A stretch of 64,000 nt of DNA, from contig ML992506.1 in assembly GCA_010093995.1 (NCBI GenBank), positions 1,505,508-1,569,507 on the forward strand. The letters run 5' to 3'. Under the pieces are notes generated by a model. The model was not told the origin of the DNA, made no database searches, and saw nothing but the letters and a program-made list of their open reading frames with translations. Source of the DNA: Elsinoe ampelina (lineage: Eukaryota). Each line of letters starts with the position of its first letter. Positions within the stretch are counted from its first letter, which is position 1. Of this stretch, positions 1-11,604 are shown in pieces. Position numbers and translations under genes: made by a program.

Positions 1-1350
1 TAAAGAGCTATAATATTAATAGTTCTCTAACTCTTAATACTAAGTAAGGTATTACTATAGAATAGCTTCTTATAAGGTTCTATAATTCTAGTAACCTTAT
101 ATCTATCCTTTATAGTATAATTATAGATGTAATTAGTTACTCTAGAATCTAGTATCTATAAGCTTAAGATGTTACTAGTAGCTAAAATAAATACTAAGTG
201 TAATCTAATAGTTATAGCTATGTTAATTAGCACTAGTAGAGTTAACTCCTTTTAATGTTATACTTCCTTAGTAAGGATAGCATTAATTCTCTCTTTAAGA
301 GTCTTATTATTTAGCCTCTATCTAACCTCCTTTATAGTCTACTAGTTTAGTGTCTATCTATCTAGCCTTATATACTTATTTAAGTAATAGTACTTACTTT
401 ACTTATACTAGCCTTAATATACATATTTAAGCTCTCTAATAGAACTAGGTTTCTTATAAAGAATATCCTTAGTAGCTATAGGGAAGGCCGTAGCTCCCTT
501 ACTAGTCTTTATGTTGTTATATAGCTTATAAAGTTTATAGAACTATCTAAATTTAGTAATTAGTTTAAGTATAGTTAGTAGAGTTAGTAAATCTAGATTA
601 ATAAGGTACTTATTAGCAAATGCTAGTTTAGTCTTAGAGATAGAGAGTAAGAAGTCTCTTTATAGCCTTAAGCCTTAAGCTTCTAGTAGATTATAGTTCC
701 TAGCCTTGTCTATAACCTCTTCCTATTACTAAAGCTAATAGTCTATGTTCTATAGGGAAGAACTAGAGAGTTGTTTCCTCTAGAGTACTTTAACCTCGAG
801 CTATATAGCTATATTAGATAGAGCAAATCTGTTCTTTAAGACTCGAAGGATAGCCTATAGATAAGGATCCTCTTCTAGCTAAATAATAGTAAGAACTTAT
901 AGTGTAATTAATAACTAAATAAGGCTAGCTAAATTAGCTAAGGCCTTATACTATTTATTATATTATACTTGTTCCTCCTTATATATCTAGAAGAGTACTA
1001 AGAAGTTGACATTTACTACTTCTAGCCTCTAAGGCTTAGAGAGCCCCTCTAGTTTAATAGTCTTCTAGGGATTAATAAGGTTCTATATCTTAGTATTTAA
1101 TGCTCTTATCTTAATAATATATAGCTAGCTAGCCTATTTAGCTAATGTAGCAAGAATAATAGGTGTTCTAGCTATTAAGGTGTTAGTATCTATAGTTGTT
1201 TATCCCTTTATTAACACCTGAATCCTATAGTTATAATTAAGGTAGTTCTTAATAGATTCTAATGCTTAAAAAGCAAGATAATAGAGAATTAACTAATAAA
1301 TAGAGTAGCTAAGTAACTAAGTGATATACTTGTGTAGGGGTAGTTATACC

Positions 1351-1361
1351 GGGCTTATAAC
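1351..1361 (-). promoter_or_regulatory. Primer-binding site of the copia element
   Basis: Minus strand reads ...AACA|GTTATAAGCCC, a RIP-mutated form of the (G)GTTATGAGCCC PBS typical of fungal copia elements, directly abutting the LTR end. Confidence 0.7.
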
Positions 1362-1621
1362 TGTTAACTTGTGTAGGGGAGGAAAAAGGATTAATTACTA
1401 CCTAATCTACTAAACTAAGGTAGATTATAACTACATAAATACTTAACCTGGTGTACTAAAAGATAGCTAAATCAAAAGAACTCCTTAATAGCAACAGATT
1501 AAGACAATAACTATCTAATTTGATCATAAATTGGTGGAGTGGTGGATAAGTGTTCAGTTCCACCAGGGGATAAACTGAATCAGGGTCCTTCTTGGCGCTC
1601 CAGCTTATACCTCGGTTGACA
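1362..1621 (-). repeat. 5' LTR (~260 bp) of the copia element
   Basis: Bounded by TG...CA and 7-bp terminal inverted repeats: TGTTAAC at 1362-1368 (RIP C>T of TGTCAAC) and GTTGACA at 1615-1621. The PBS follows immediately on the minus strand, and composition is normal after 1621. Confidence 0.75.
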
Positions 1622-1796
1622 CGCGGCCAAATTCGGTTGTTGAAAGGGTTGTCAGAGCGATGGGAAGGGTTTCAATACTTGGTGCTGTAGAAGTTGCGCC
1701 CGCAAATGCAAACGCATAAATATCCGTGGTGCTGCCCACTTTTTTTGACCCCGGCCCCTTTGGAAGATTCACCTTGCGCTAACACATAGCATTCCG

Positions 1797-3389
1797 ATGG
1801 TGATCAACGCAGACCGAGCCAGAGCAGAGGGGAGGGACAGGCTGGACAGAGATGACTGCATCTCGGCAATGAAAGGATTTTCCGTCCCTCCAGTCTTGGA
1901 TCCGGAGATTGCTCGTCTCTGCGTCATTCGTGGCATCAGATACCATGATGGATACGCTACCGAATTAATGGGCCATAGGCAAGAATTCACCCGGGCATTG
2001 AATGCCAGATCCATCATGAGCAACAGGGTTCCAGACATGGAGGACCCCTCAAAGGAATGTGCGTACTGCATTTGGCACCCCGACATCGCCAGAGAAGAGA
2101 CATATCGAGCGCTGGTCAAGCGCTATCCCAAAATGAAATACCAGGTCGGCCGCGCGTGTGCGGTTGGTGGCTACACTAAACTCTACGACGAGCTCGACCT
2201 CCTACCAGACGCATCCATCGCTGAAGAAGCTCGAGATAATGGTGTAACGGCCATCTTTGAGTCCATCATTGACCAGCCGGTGATCTATCGAGTACTTGAC
2301 GACTACTTCCGCAATGTGAATATCGAAGGACCTGCCGTTATGTGTGGACTGAATTGTGATACTGCAGTCCGATCCAGTCTCGACATCAAGCAACGGCTCG
2401 AGAATCTGGTTTCAACAAAGGATGACATAGACGACGACTTCGGAGTCTTTGACGATGAGCTGCCTTTATATCATGAGGGGTTCACGCCCCGAACATTCGA
2501 CATCACCGAAGATCAAGCCATCGACGAGCATGGGACCGACGACACTAGGACCTTCGACAGTATGGAAAGATTATTCTACTCGCCACTCCCACGACATCTA
2601 CCAAACCTGAAGAACAAGGAGGTCCTAATAGATCTGGCTGCAGCTGAAGGAAACATCGAGCGGTACACAAGATTGAGGCGGCCCTTTGGCAGGGGTGGCC
2701 CTCATGCACGTGCTGCTTTGATGAGAGGCATCTACCATCATCCCATGTTCGCGAGATGGTGTTCAAGCCAAACCGAGTTTCAAGCTGACCAGGGTGTCCA
2801 AAATGCCATAACGGCACGTTACATCATGTCTAATAATGTTTCGCGAGTCACGGAAGACACCTTCATCCCTCAAATCTGGTACCCGGACTGGGCTTTCTCA
2901 CTCACATACAAGGCAGTGCTCCGCAAAGCTCCCAAGATGAAACAGGTCGTCGCACGAGCAGCGATTGTGATCCGAAGCCAGGGTCTCTTCATCGAGGCTG
3001 ATCCGGACCCCACGGACAGGCTGCTAGGTATGGAGGCCGCCATGAGTCCCGACCCATGGTTTCTGCAGACATTGAAGAACAAGGCAGCGGCGGCCGGCCA
3101 AGAGATATCCACCAGACCGATGGAGGACGACTCTGTGCCCACCTGGGACCGAATGTTCCGTCCTCACAATGCGTTCATGGTTGCAACTGATCTGGACAGT
3201 ATCGAAACCGCAACACGTCCTTCTCATGGCTGGTTCAACTTCTACCACGGCAACGATTTTGACCTTGGCTTCGTCAACTGTAGCGTCGTCTGCTCGCCAG
3301 ACCTCAAGAAGCATGAGAGGCTGCGAAACTTTGAGTTTCAGAATCCGGACATGATTGCTGAGATGAATGACCCTTTGTGGAACGACTGA
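1797..3389 (+). CDS. Uncharacterised 530-aa protein with two internal homologous repeats
   Basis: Intronless 530-aa ATG ORF with normal composition and a TATA-like cataaata at ~1715. The motif series RGI..H / AR.IMSN / IW.PD.A...TY.A.....PKMK..V.RA occurs twice. Confidence 0.8.
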   Translation: MVINADRARAEGRDRLDRDDCISAMKGFSVPPVLDPEIARLCVIRGIRYHDGYATELMGHRQEFTRALNARSIMSNRVPDMEDPSKECAYCIWHPDIAREETYRALVKRYPKMKYQVGRACAVGGYTKLYDELDLLPDASIAEEARDNGVTAIFESIIDQPVIYRVLDDYFRNVNIEGPAVMCGLNCDTAVRSSLDIKQRLENLVSTKDDIDDDFGVFDDELPLYHEGFTPRTFDITEDQAIDEHGTDDTRTFDSMERLFYSPLPRHLPNLKNKEVLIDLAAAEGNIERYTRLRRPFGRGGPHARAALMRGIYHHPMFARWCSSQTEFQADQGVQNAITARYIMSNNVSRVTEDTFIPQIWYPDWAFSLTYKAVLRKAPKMKQVVARAAIVIRSQGLFIEADPDPTDRLLGMEAAMSPDPWFLQTLKNKAAAAGQEISTRPMEDDSVPTWDRMFRPHNAFMVATDLDSIETATRPSHGWFNFYHGNDFDLGFVNCSVVCSPDLKKHERLRNFEFQNPDMIAEMNDPLWND

Positions 3390-3821
3390 ACGAATGGAAT
3401 GGTCTTCGGTAGCGCTCACGCTCGGCACAAGTTTAATACACACGCGAGAAAGCCGACGGGAGCTATACAACATACCACCAGGCACAGTCCCTTGCTATCT
3501 GTGTATCTAGCTGGATCGTTACATAGCTGGTAGTACCCTCTATCATTCTACCAGGCCTGGAAGCACTTCTAGCTATATAAAAGGGATATGCCATTGTCAA
3601 GTTCTGGTAATTCTCGTGGTGTGTACCGCCTACTTGTCCCGAACGTGCACTTCAGGGATGATATTCTTGTGGTAGAGAAGGCGCAACGAAATGCAACGAC
3701 AATCACGACAAGCAAGGACTGCAAACAGGTCATTTCCAAATCGAATGTCATTACTTCATTCCCACCCTTCCCGTAAGTATCATACACACCCCCCTCTCTC
3801 CCCCTCTCCCCCTCTCCCCCT

Positions 3822-6800
3822 CTACCGCATACTCCCCAAACTGCCCCCACCAAACCTACTCGTCACCCCACTAAACCAACTCCCCCCGGACCCGCCACTC
3901 GACCAACTCGGCATACTAATCTTACTACTCCAACCACTACTCCCCGTCCCGCCCCCCAACCCAGTCTTCTCCTTATCCCCCCCACCAACCTTCCACTTCA
4001 GCCTCCCATCGACGATCATCTGCACAATATTAATCACACCAAACGCCCCGCTCCCGAGCGCCCGGAACAGCGCCAACCCCGCCACCGACCACAGGATGAT
4101 CTTCAGGTAGACGTTATTCGCGACGTCCCTGTTGCCGTACGCCTCGCTCACCGACATGGCCAGGATAGCGTTGGTGATCATCCACACGACGACCATGTAC
4201 GTCCTCACGGCGCGGTAGTAATCCTCCTGCATCTGGCTCTCCGACGGGCCGGGGGTAGCGACCTCAACGCGATCGCGGAGGTTGCGCAGCGCTTCGTCGT
4301 AGCCGCTGTCGATGTCGAGTTGCTCAGACGGCATGTCGAGCTCGACGGTGCCGGATTTGCCCGTCGCGGCGCCGAGGTCGGTGGAGACGACGTTGTCGCC
4401 TTTGGTACCCCAGGAGATGTCGTGGGCGTTGCAGAAGGCGTAGATTTGGAGGGTGCAGATGTACGAGGGGAGGAGGGCGAAGTATTGTGCGGAAGAGGTG
4501 AACATGTGCCAGGGGTCGAGGTAGAGGAAGGACATGAGGAAGTAGAGGCCGATGGTGGAGCTGGTGGAGACGATGAGGTTGGTGAAGATGTTGTTACCCA
4601 TTTGGAGGTTGGCGGGGGTTTGGAATTGTTTGACGACAATGTAGATGGAGCAGAAGGTGGTGTAGGCCATGATGATGGCGTAGGCGACGAAGGAGGAGAG
4701 GTACATCTTCTTTGCTCCTTGGGGTCGGTTACCCATGGAGAAGATGAATTGCATGGCGATGAGGAGGACGCATGTGTAGCGGAGGATGTAGAAGATGTAC
4801 TTGCAGAGGTTGGCCTTTCCGGTTGGGTCGATGGTCGGATCGGCGAGGGAGCCAGCGATGAAGTAGAAGGTAAGGTAGAAGTTGCCGAGGGAGAACCAGG
4901 TGAAGAGAAGAGAGATGAATTGGTAGACGAATTCGATGTGCAGGAGGACCTTGCGGGCGATGGTGTGGTCAGTGTACCAGATTTGCTTGAAGTGAAGGAG
5001 GGAGTAGACAGCGGCGAAGAACGCTCCATTCAGCCATCGACGACGCTGCGAGACAAATTCAGGTACAGAATCTAATGAAGGGTCAGTAATGTTCTCATGT
5101 CCTTTGAATTTATCAGACTGCTTACCTGGCACGTCAGTCTCTCCCGTTGCGCTCTTCACATATTTCAGGACCCATCTCTCATTCCTCTTCGCCACCAGTT
5201 CCCAGCACAGAATTCTGTCCTCGGCCAGATACATGTTCGCTGTGAAGACATCGGCATCTTGACCATGAAGCGTTTCACCCTTGAAGTACTGGCTGAGCGG
5301 GCCGTGGCCAGTCTCGTCGTTTTGAAGGGCATGGTACCGGTATGCTGACAAGGCACCAGGAAGCACGGTAATGTAACCAAATACCGACTCGAGTGGCTTG
5401 TCTAGAATGTTGCTCATCTTGTACTCAAAGTTCTGTGATGCCACCAGCGGATTGAGCAAACCGAGCCAGCCCTTGCCTTTACCAGCCTTGATCTCCCCAG
5501 CTGCTCCGGCAACGTTTGAGTCCGAGTCGAAAGCCTTCCAGAGATGGTACAGACTGGTGTTACCGGGCTTAGTACCAACATCCAGCAGGATACAGACGTT
5601 CGGATTGAGACTCTGACCAACTGCATTGAAAAACCATCGATGCGAGTTGAGCTTCTTCTGATTCTTCTCCTTCAGACAAAAGATCATCTGGCAAGGAACA
5701 ATACCCTTCTCAGCACCCTTGAATTTCAGGTCCGCATCCAGTGAGACCTGCGTTGTGTACTCGTATACGTGAGCCTGGACTTCCTTTTGATTGACCAGGT
5801 TCTTCGCGATGCCATTCTGGTAGCATCCCATGGCCGCCAAAGCGTCGAGAGTCCGCGGATGCACCTTCTTTCGTCCATCTGCGATAATGCAGACCACGAT
5901 CTTCTTCCAGCCGTCTTTGCCCCAGGTACGCGACTTTGTACGGCTGCAGAAATGGGCGATGTTGCGCATTACACCGTGCATTGTGCGAGTAAAGTCGATC
6001 TCGTTCTCGTTGTACATGGTCACACAGATCAGTAACTCGGTCTCGCGGGCCATACCAGGCATGTTCTGTCGCAGCTGGAAACCACGATCGACAAAATCGT
6101 CAGGATCGCATGTCACTGCTGTGTAGCGCATGTGTGTGAACTCGACATCATCGCGTCTCGGTAAGAAAGAGTACAAGATAGTGGGGATCTTGCACTCCAG
6201 TATCAGCTCTCCATTGACAAGTTTGACCTCCTTCTTCTTCATGAGGGCCTCGCGAGCACCTCTTCGTTCCTGCTTTCCGTCCGGCGCCTTTTCGTAATTG
6301 CCATAATCTTTCATGTCGTATTCATCCGTGAATGTGGAAGAAGAGATGAAGCTGTCGTTGCTGTTCATGGGTGGTCGCGAAGGGTCATCTCTGACGCCAA
6401 ACACATCATCTGGGTCGATTGGGATCGTCATGTTGTCCATGTTGTCATCCTCTTCTCGCGATACCATGGAAGCAGGGCGCCCCCCAGCGAAGAGTGGCGC
6501 AGGGGGTAGGGGCCGCTTTGGACTGCCTCCATACTGTGATGCTGGCGTGCCTGGTCTCGGACTGCCGTTGATGTCTGCCGGCTCGAAGGGTACTTTTGAT
6601 GGAGGAGGCCGGACATAGTCGTTCGATATCCGCGTTGGGGAGTGTGACGATCTTGATGAAGGGCGGAATGAGCTGTAGAAGGAGTCGCCAGTCTGTGGTG
6701 GTAGGATTTGTGGCGCATTGTCGAGGAAGCTCTGGCCTGATCTTGAGGATGGTCGCGATCCGTTGAGGCGCTGATGTGTGCGGTGCATAGGACTCGGCCT

Positions 6801-7195
6801 GTGGGTATCATAGAGTGAGTCAGGGTCTTCTGGGTATGCATGCGCGGGATACATTTTGCGCTTGTTTCTATTCTCATGCATGACCTGTGAAATGCGCGCA
6901 GAGGGTGGTGATTGAATGTGGTTCGCCATGTCGGCAGTGACATTCAACACCACACTCTCGGCAGATCAAGGAAGGAATGTGGAATGGTGTATGTGTATAA
7001 GGGTAGTAAAGGCCGTTGGAGTTTGATACAGGCAGAGATTGGGGCTACTAACGGTCTGAATGAGCTCTCCTCCGAAGTCAAAAGCCTCATGGTCGAACTG
7101 TTCCTGCCGGTAGGGGTGTCATCATCATTGGGGGCATAGCTTGATGGGCCAGAATAAGCCGGTGGCATTCCACCTGGCGTGCCCATGCCGGACAT
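3822..7195 (-). CDS. CHS2: Chitin synthase, class II (division 1), ~1021 aa; predicted exons 7195-7053, 6798-5126, 5071-3822
   Basis: Contains QRRRW, LAEDRIL, TMYNE and SWGTKG motifs and a C-terminal multi-TM region; [21 protein letters not shown] is typical of class II. A 54-nt in-frame intron lies at 5072-5125 (GTAAG...CTGAC...TAG). First intron 7052-6799 is inferred from GTTAGT...CTGAC...CAG with matching phase. The start codon is less certain. Confidence 0.93.
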
Positions 7196-8227
7196 TTGTG
7201 ATGGGTAACGACTGTAACGTTTATGCTGCGGAATGCTGTTGGGGGCAAGTGTGTCGTCCACCAGCACCTGGATGAATGATGGTGTAGATTCAGAGAGTGG
7301 TCATATCAACGGTCTCTCGGATGGATATCGAATGTGTGCGACCAGATAATGAGAGGATAATGGTATGCGGTCTTGTGTCTTGAGATTTGACGTCGAAACG
7401 TCGTTTGAGGGGAGCATGTTTTATTTTCGGCGCGTCGACCCAGCAACCGCGCATATCTCCGCGAAGATCCGCGCGTGTTTCAATAGATGCTGCAACTCCA
7501 CCTTTGTGCATGATATTATTAAATCCTTTGCAGGATGTTTAAACTGTCGTCAAGGCGATTCGAGACCCACCAAACACTGCATGCGTCGGAAGTGTTTGTG
7601 ATGGCCGCGAATGGGCCGGAGACCCGCCGGCAATAAGATCTTGGTGAGAAGCATGGCCTTGCTCGACTTGGACACTCTTGAGGGGACCAATCCGCTTCAT
7701 GTCGTCGTCAATTGCTCTCCGAACTTTACTGCTCTTCCGCATCCCGCCATGCTGTGACAAGGTATGGAAGAGGTGAAGTGAAATAAGACGGGCCCTTGAC
7801 GTCTTACCGTTGACGCGAGCAGGAACGGCAGCATGATCAGCATTGTTGCAGTCGAGGACTACCAGCCATTTCTGCCTCGCTTGTTCTCTCTGCCTTCAAT
7901 CATGACACGCAGCGTTGCTACTACAGTTATACCACAGTCATTGCTCCCGTCTGCGACGACCGTTGAAGTATGACGCAACAAGAGACCCTCGCCCTCAAAC
8001 CAACGTTCAAAGATCTGCAAGTACGCCATGTGACACTGTGAGACAGCTCAACTCGAACGCAGCTGTATAAGATAAGTACTGCTTCCTTCCTATCCTCAAC
8101 AAGACCCAGCCAATTTCCAAATCCACTCCGTCGAAACATCAGTCACAATTAATTCCACACCTCCACCACCAGGACAGCCAATCCAAGTCCTTATAGCATC
8201 GACAACCATATACCCTCCACAATCAAC

Positions 8228-8746
8228 ATGCAACTCCCCACCACCCTCCTCACCCTCTGCACCCTCCTCCTCACCCCTCCCTCTCTCGCCCTCAACATCC
8301 CCCGCGCCGGCGCCCCACCCTACACCCCCCTCCCACCCACCTGCACACTCACCTCCCCCCTCCCCCCACCCGCCACAAACTACAGCACCCCGCTCCTCGT
8401 CCCCTCGGCCTCCGTCCGCGCCTCCTCCCTGCTCTACCAAACCTACTTCGCCCTCCCAGACACCACATCCATGGCCGAGCGCTGGGAAGGGTGCGTCCAG
8501 CAATGCAATGGACTCGCGGGGTGCAAGGCGGCGTTCATGGCGGACGGGGTGAAGACGCCGAAGAAATGGTACGGGACGACGGGGGGGAAGAAGGGGAGGG
8601 GATGTCTTTTGTTTGACAGGGAGTTGGGGGCAGGGGATTTTGTGGAGAAGAAGGGGGTGGAGGGCGGGACGGCGGGGAATTTGGAGTGTGGTTCGTCTGA
8701 GGAGGAGGGGGACGGGGAGAGGGAGGAGGACGGAGAGGGCCGGTGA
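8228..8746 (+). CDS. Small secreted cysteine-containing protein (PAN/apple-like C-x3-C-x5-C spacing)
   Basis: Signal-peptide-like N-terminus MQLPTTLLTLCTLLLTPPSLA and the motif CVQQCNGLAGCKAAF...GCLLFD; 172 aa. Confidence 0.7.
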   Translation: MQLPTTLLTLCTLLLTPPSLALNIPRAGAPPYTPLPPTCTLTSPLPPPATNYSTPLLVPSASVRASSLLYQTYFALPDTTSMAERWEGCVQQCNGLAGCKAAFMADGVKTPKKWYGTTGGKKGRGCLLFDRELGAGDFVEKKGVEGGTAGNLECGSSEEEGDGEREEDGEGR

Positions 8747-8862
8747 TGGAGGTGGGAGGTCGGCGTAGGTTGTCCTGAGGCGAAGTGGCATGGCCAGGGA
8801 TGTACACAAGAAATTACACGAATGATACGGTACATGACATGAACAACACTTCCCACCCGCGT

Positions 8863-11145
8863 TCACCTAGTCGAACGTCTCCTCCTATTCGTATACCTCC
8901 GCCCCAGCCTCGCCTGCTCCGCTCTAGCCTGCTCCCTCCTAGCCTGCTCCAGCTGCTGCTCCTCAATCACCCTTTCCATCATAATCATCTGCTCCTCCAG
9001 GGTCTGCCTAATCTCCCGATCCGTCCTGTCCATCCGCTCCCTGCACTTCTCCCGACAAAACGTCACAAAGTTGTAGTGCCGCGACGTCCACGAGGGCAAC
9101 GGAAACGCCGGCAACCGCCCATAGCAGGCCCCGCAGTACTCCTTGAAAAACACCTCCCCGAGCGGGTGCCGCGCCGATACCTCCAGGCCTCTCCCGATGG
9201 CTTTGGTGGGGAACTGCTTCGGAATGACAGGGCTCTTGGGGCCGACCCGTCTATGGTGTCCGATGACTTCGGCTATGAACAGCAGCGTGTCAGGGAGGGT
9301 GTCGACTTCGGCGTTGATCTCGTCTACCAGACGAGCCGCCGTGGCGCCTACGTCCTTGCTCTCGTTGAGCTCGCGGTACTTGGCTTCGTGGAGACGCTCG
9401 GCCTTGCCGGGCGCGAGGCGTACGAGTCGTTTCTGCATGGCTTTTCTGGCAGCAGGGTCGTTCCATGAGCTCATCATGGCGTTCCAGCCTGTCTTCCAGC
9501 TGTCGACGTCGTTTGGCGGACCGTTAGGAAAGGTCGTGCTGGTGAGAAAGGACTCGAAGGGTCTGAGCTGCTGCACGATCTGCCGGGCGCCGTCGCCGAG
9601 CGTGGATGGCTCATCTATGAGACCGTAAACGATGTGAAGCCAGATGCGCAACTGGTCAATGAGGAGCACACTGCGTGAGAGGGATACGATGCGTGCCGAG
9701 ATATCGCCGATGATGAGGAATTGAGTGATTATGTCGGTGTTGTCGGGCGCTTGCGTCCAACCCAAGATGGCCATATGATGCTCCTCAATAGTCTCTTTCT
9801 CGGCTTTTGCACGAGGGAGTGCATATGTAGCTAGCATGTCGAGGAATTTCAGACGAATCTCGCGCAATCGATTGAGCTTGTAGAGGTTGACCTTCTTCGC
9901 CACATACAGACACATGGCAATACCAGTCTCCTTGATGAATTCGTTCTTGGATGCGAAGAATTTGGGCATAAACGCCTCGGTGAAGTGTGTAGGCGTAGGA
10001 GCTTGCTCCCACCTGGCAGGGTCAGTGTGTCATCTTTGTATGCAATCAGCAACTTACGTGTCAGCGATATCAGGCTTTTCCCGAATAGCAGCACGCTCAG
10101 CACCCAAGACATCACTAGAGTATGTTGCAAAGACATCATCGCCTTGCAATAAACACAGACAATTCACCTGTGCATCAAAGTCGAGCCATAGCCCCCAGAA
10201 TACTACCGTCCGTGTCAGCTATAGCACTCGCATGTTCCAAGAAGAGCTCATACCTCTCGAAGCCGTAGCCGCGCGTTCCATCCATCCTTTCCCTTGAAAG
10301 ATCCGAAGCATGGTCGTGATCTGCGTGGTAATCTCTGCGTGGCTTGCCTGAAGCTCTAGTTCTTGCAGAGTGACATCGGAAATGGCTTTCTCTCGGATAG
10401 GTTGTGGTCTGTGATCCTCCACGGTCAAGCTGTCCATCCGGGCAGCCAAAGCCGGAGTCCCGTCGTCCAGACGGTCAGCTTCCTCCACATTGGCGCGTTG
10501 GGGTTCTGTCGCTGGAGGACCCCTGCTCGGAGTAGGCCTCGGCACAGCTCTGACCGAAGGATGTACTCTTACAGGCAGAGCAAGCAGGCTGGTCAGGAGT
10601 CCATTGACGAGTAAACAAAAATTCACTCCGAATTCTGCGCGAGGAATGTGTAGGACGTCTCGAGCTAGGCTTCGTAATGTGCTCTGACAGTCGCTCCACT
10701 CTTGCTCCGACATGGCCTCAAAACCGTACCAGATAGCAGTAGCCGTGCCGGTTTGATCATTCTCATCCCACACCTCGGCATTACTCAGCTCAATCAACTT
10801 CGCCCAGACCTCCTGAAGCGATCGCTTGATCCGGTAATCGTCATCTTCGCCGGTGCTGATTCGATGCACGGCGTAGCCAAGCAGACTGGTGAAGACAATG
10901 TGGCTTCTGAAAGCCTCGGCCGATCTGTAAGAATGCAAGAGTGAAGTCCGTAGTTTGATAGACTCTCGCAATTGGTCGAGCAGTAGTTCTCCCTGCCTGC
11001 GTTTCACTGGTTTCACGCTGTCCAATAGTCCCTGAATGCCCTTTTGCTCGAAGCCATCACCGAAGGCTCTGGGAAATATGTTTTTCTCAATCGTCTTGAA
11101 TCTGGTGTAAGTTGTATCGTTTGATCTCGAGTACCTGCGAGACAT
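8863..11145 (-). CDS. Hypothetical ~728-aa protein; the ORF-track 308-aa and 368-aa ORFs join via exons 11145-10254, 10202-10058, 10012-8863
   Basis: Two introns with canonical signals (10253-10203 GTATG..CTGAC..TAG; 10057-10013 GTAAG..CTGAC..CAG) give a continuous frame through an open middle exon (VFWGLWLDFDAQV...). The C-terminus has CxxC...CxxxC and a coiled coil. A further 5' exon is possible. Confidence 0.75.
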
Positions 11146-11604
11146 ACTGAAAGTCGGCTATCAAAAACGATAGCTACATCTCGAGCCGGACGGGGAAATA
11201 ATCAATAATGACTTGCAATAGTACAAAGGAAAGTGGTCGAGCCATTACCTGTTCTTTACCCATAATCACGTGCTTTGTTTCTGTTTTGGCGGCCGGGTGA
11301 GCAACAGTGCACAACGAGGCCGCCAAGCTGAGCTCTGGACAAAGCTGCTGGTGAGTCAATTGACAGAGGCGCCGAAAGGCCAATGATGATGTTAGGTGGA
11401 GGGAAAGCAAAGAAATGAAGAAAGAAAACCATTCAAAGGAGCTGTCGTCAGCCACCACCCAAACGCTAAGCCTTTTTCGGACGAGCAAGAAACGCGAGCA
11501 GCTTTGTTCACCTCCTTGACGGCAAGACCATTATTATTGATATTGATGAATAAATCTAAGAGTCGTAAAAAGTCTCATTGAAGCCATGGCGAGCGGCAGA
11601 AATT

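Larger units (their letters stand above)
1..1621 (-). mobile_element. RIP-inactivated Ty1/copia-type LTR retrotransposon, 5' portion (continues beyond the window start)
   Basis: Very AT-rich, rich in TpA and depleted of CpA/TpG, with no ORFs (RIP signature). Minus strand ~1193-1070 reads (M)DTNTLIARTPIILATLAK*AS*LYIIKIRALNTKI*NLINP; reverting TAG to TGG gives a W-x2-W...K..A...IW..INP motif typical of fungal copia gag N-termini. LTR and PBS are identified separately below. Confidence 0.85.

Noticed and set aside
1491..1496. GCAACA as an alternative LTR end
   Set aside because: GTTGACA at 1615-1621 gives a better inverted repeat with 1362-1368 and coincides with the composition boundary.
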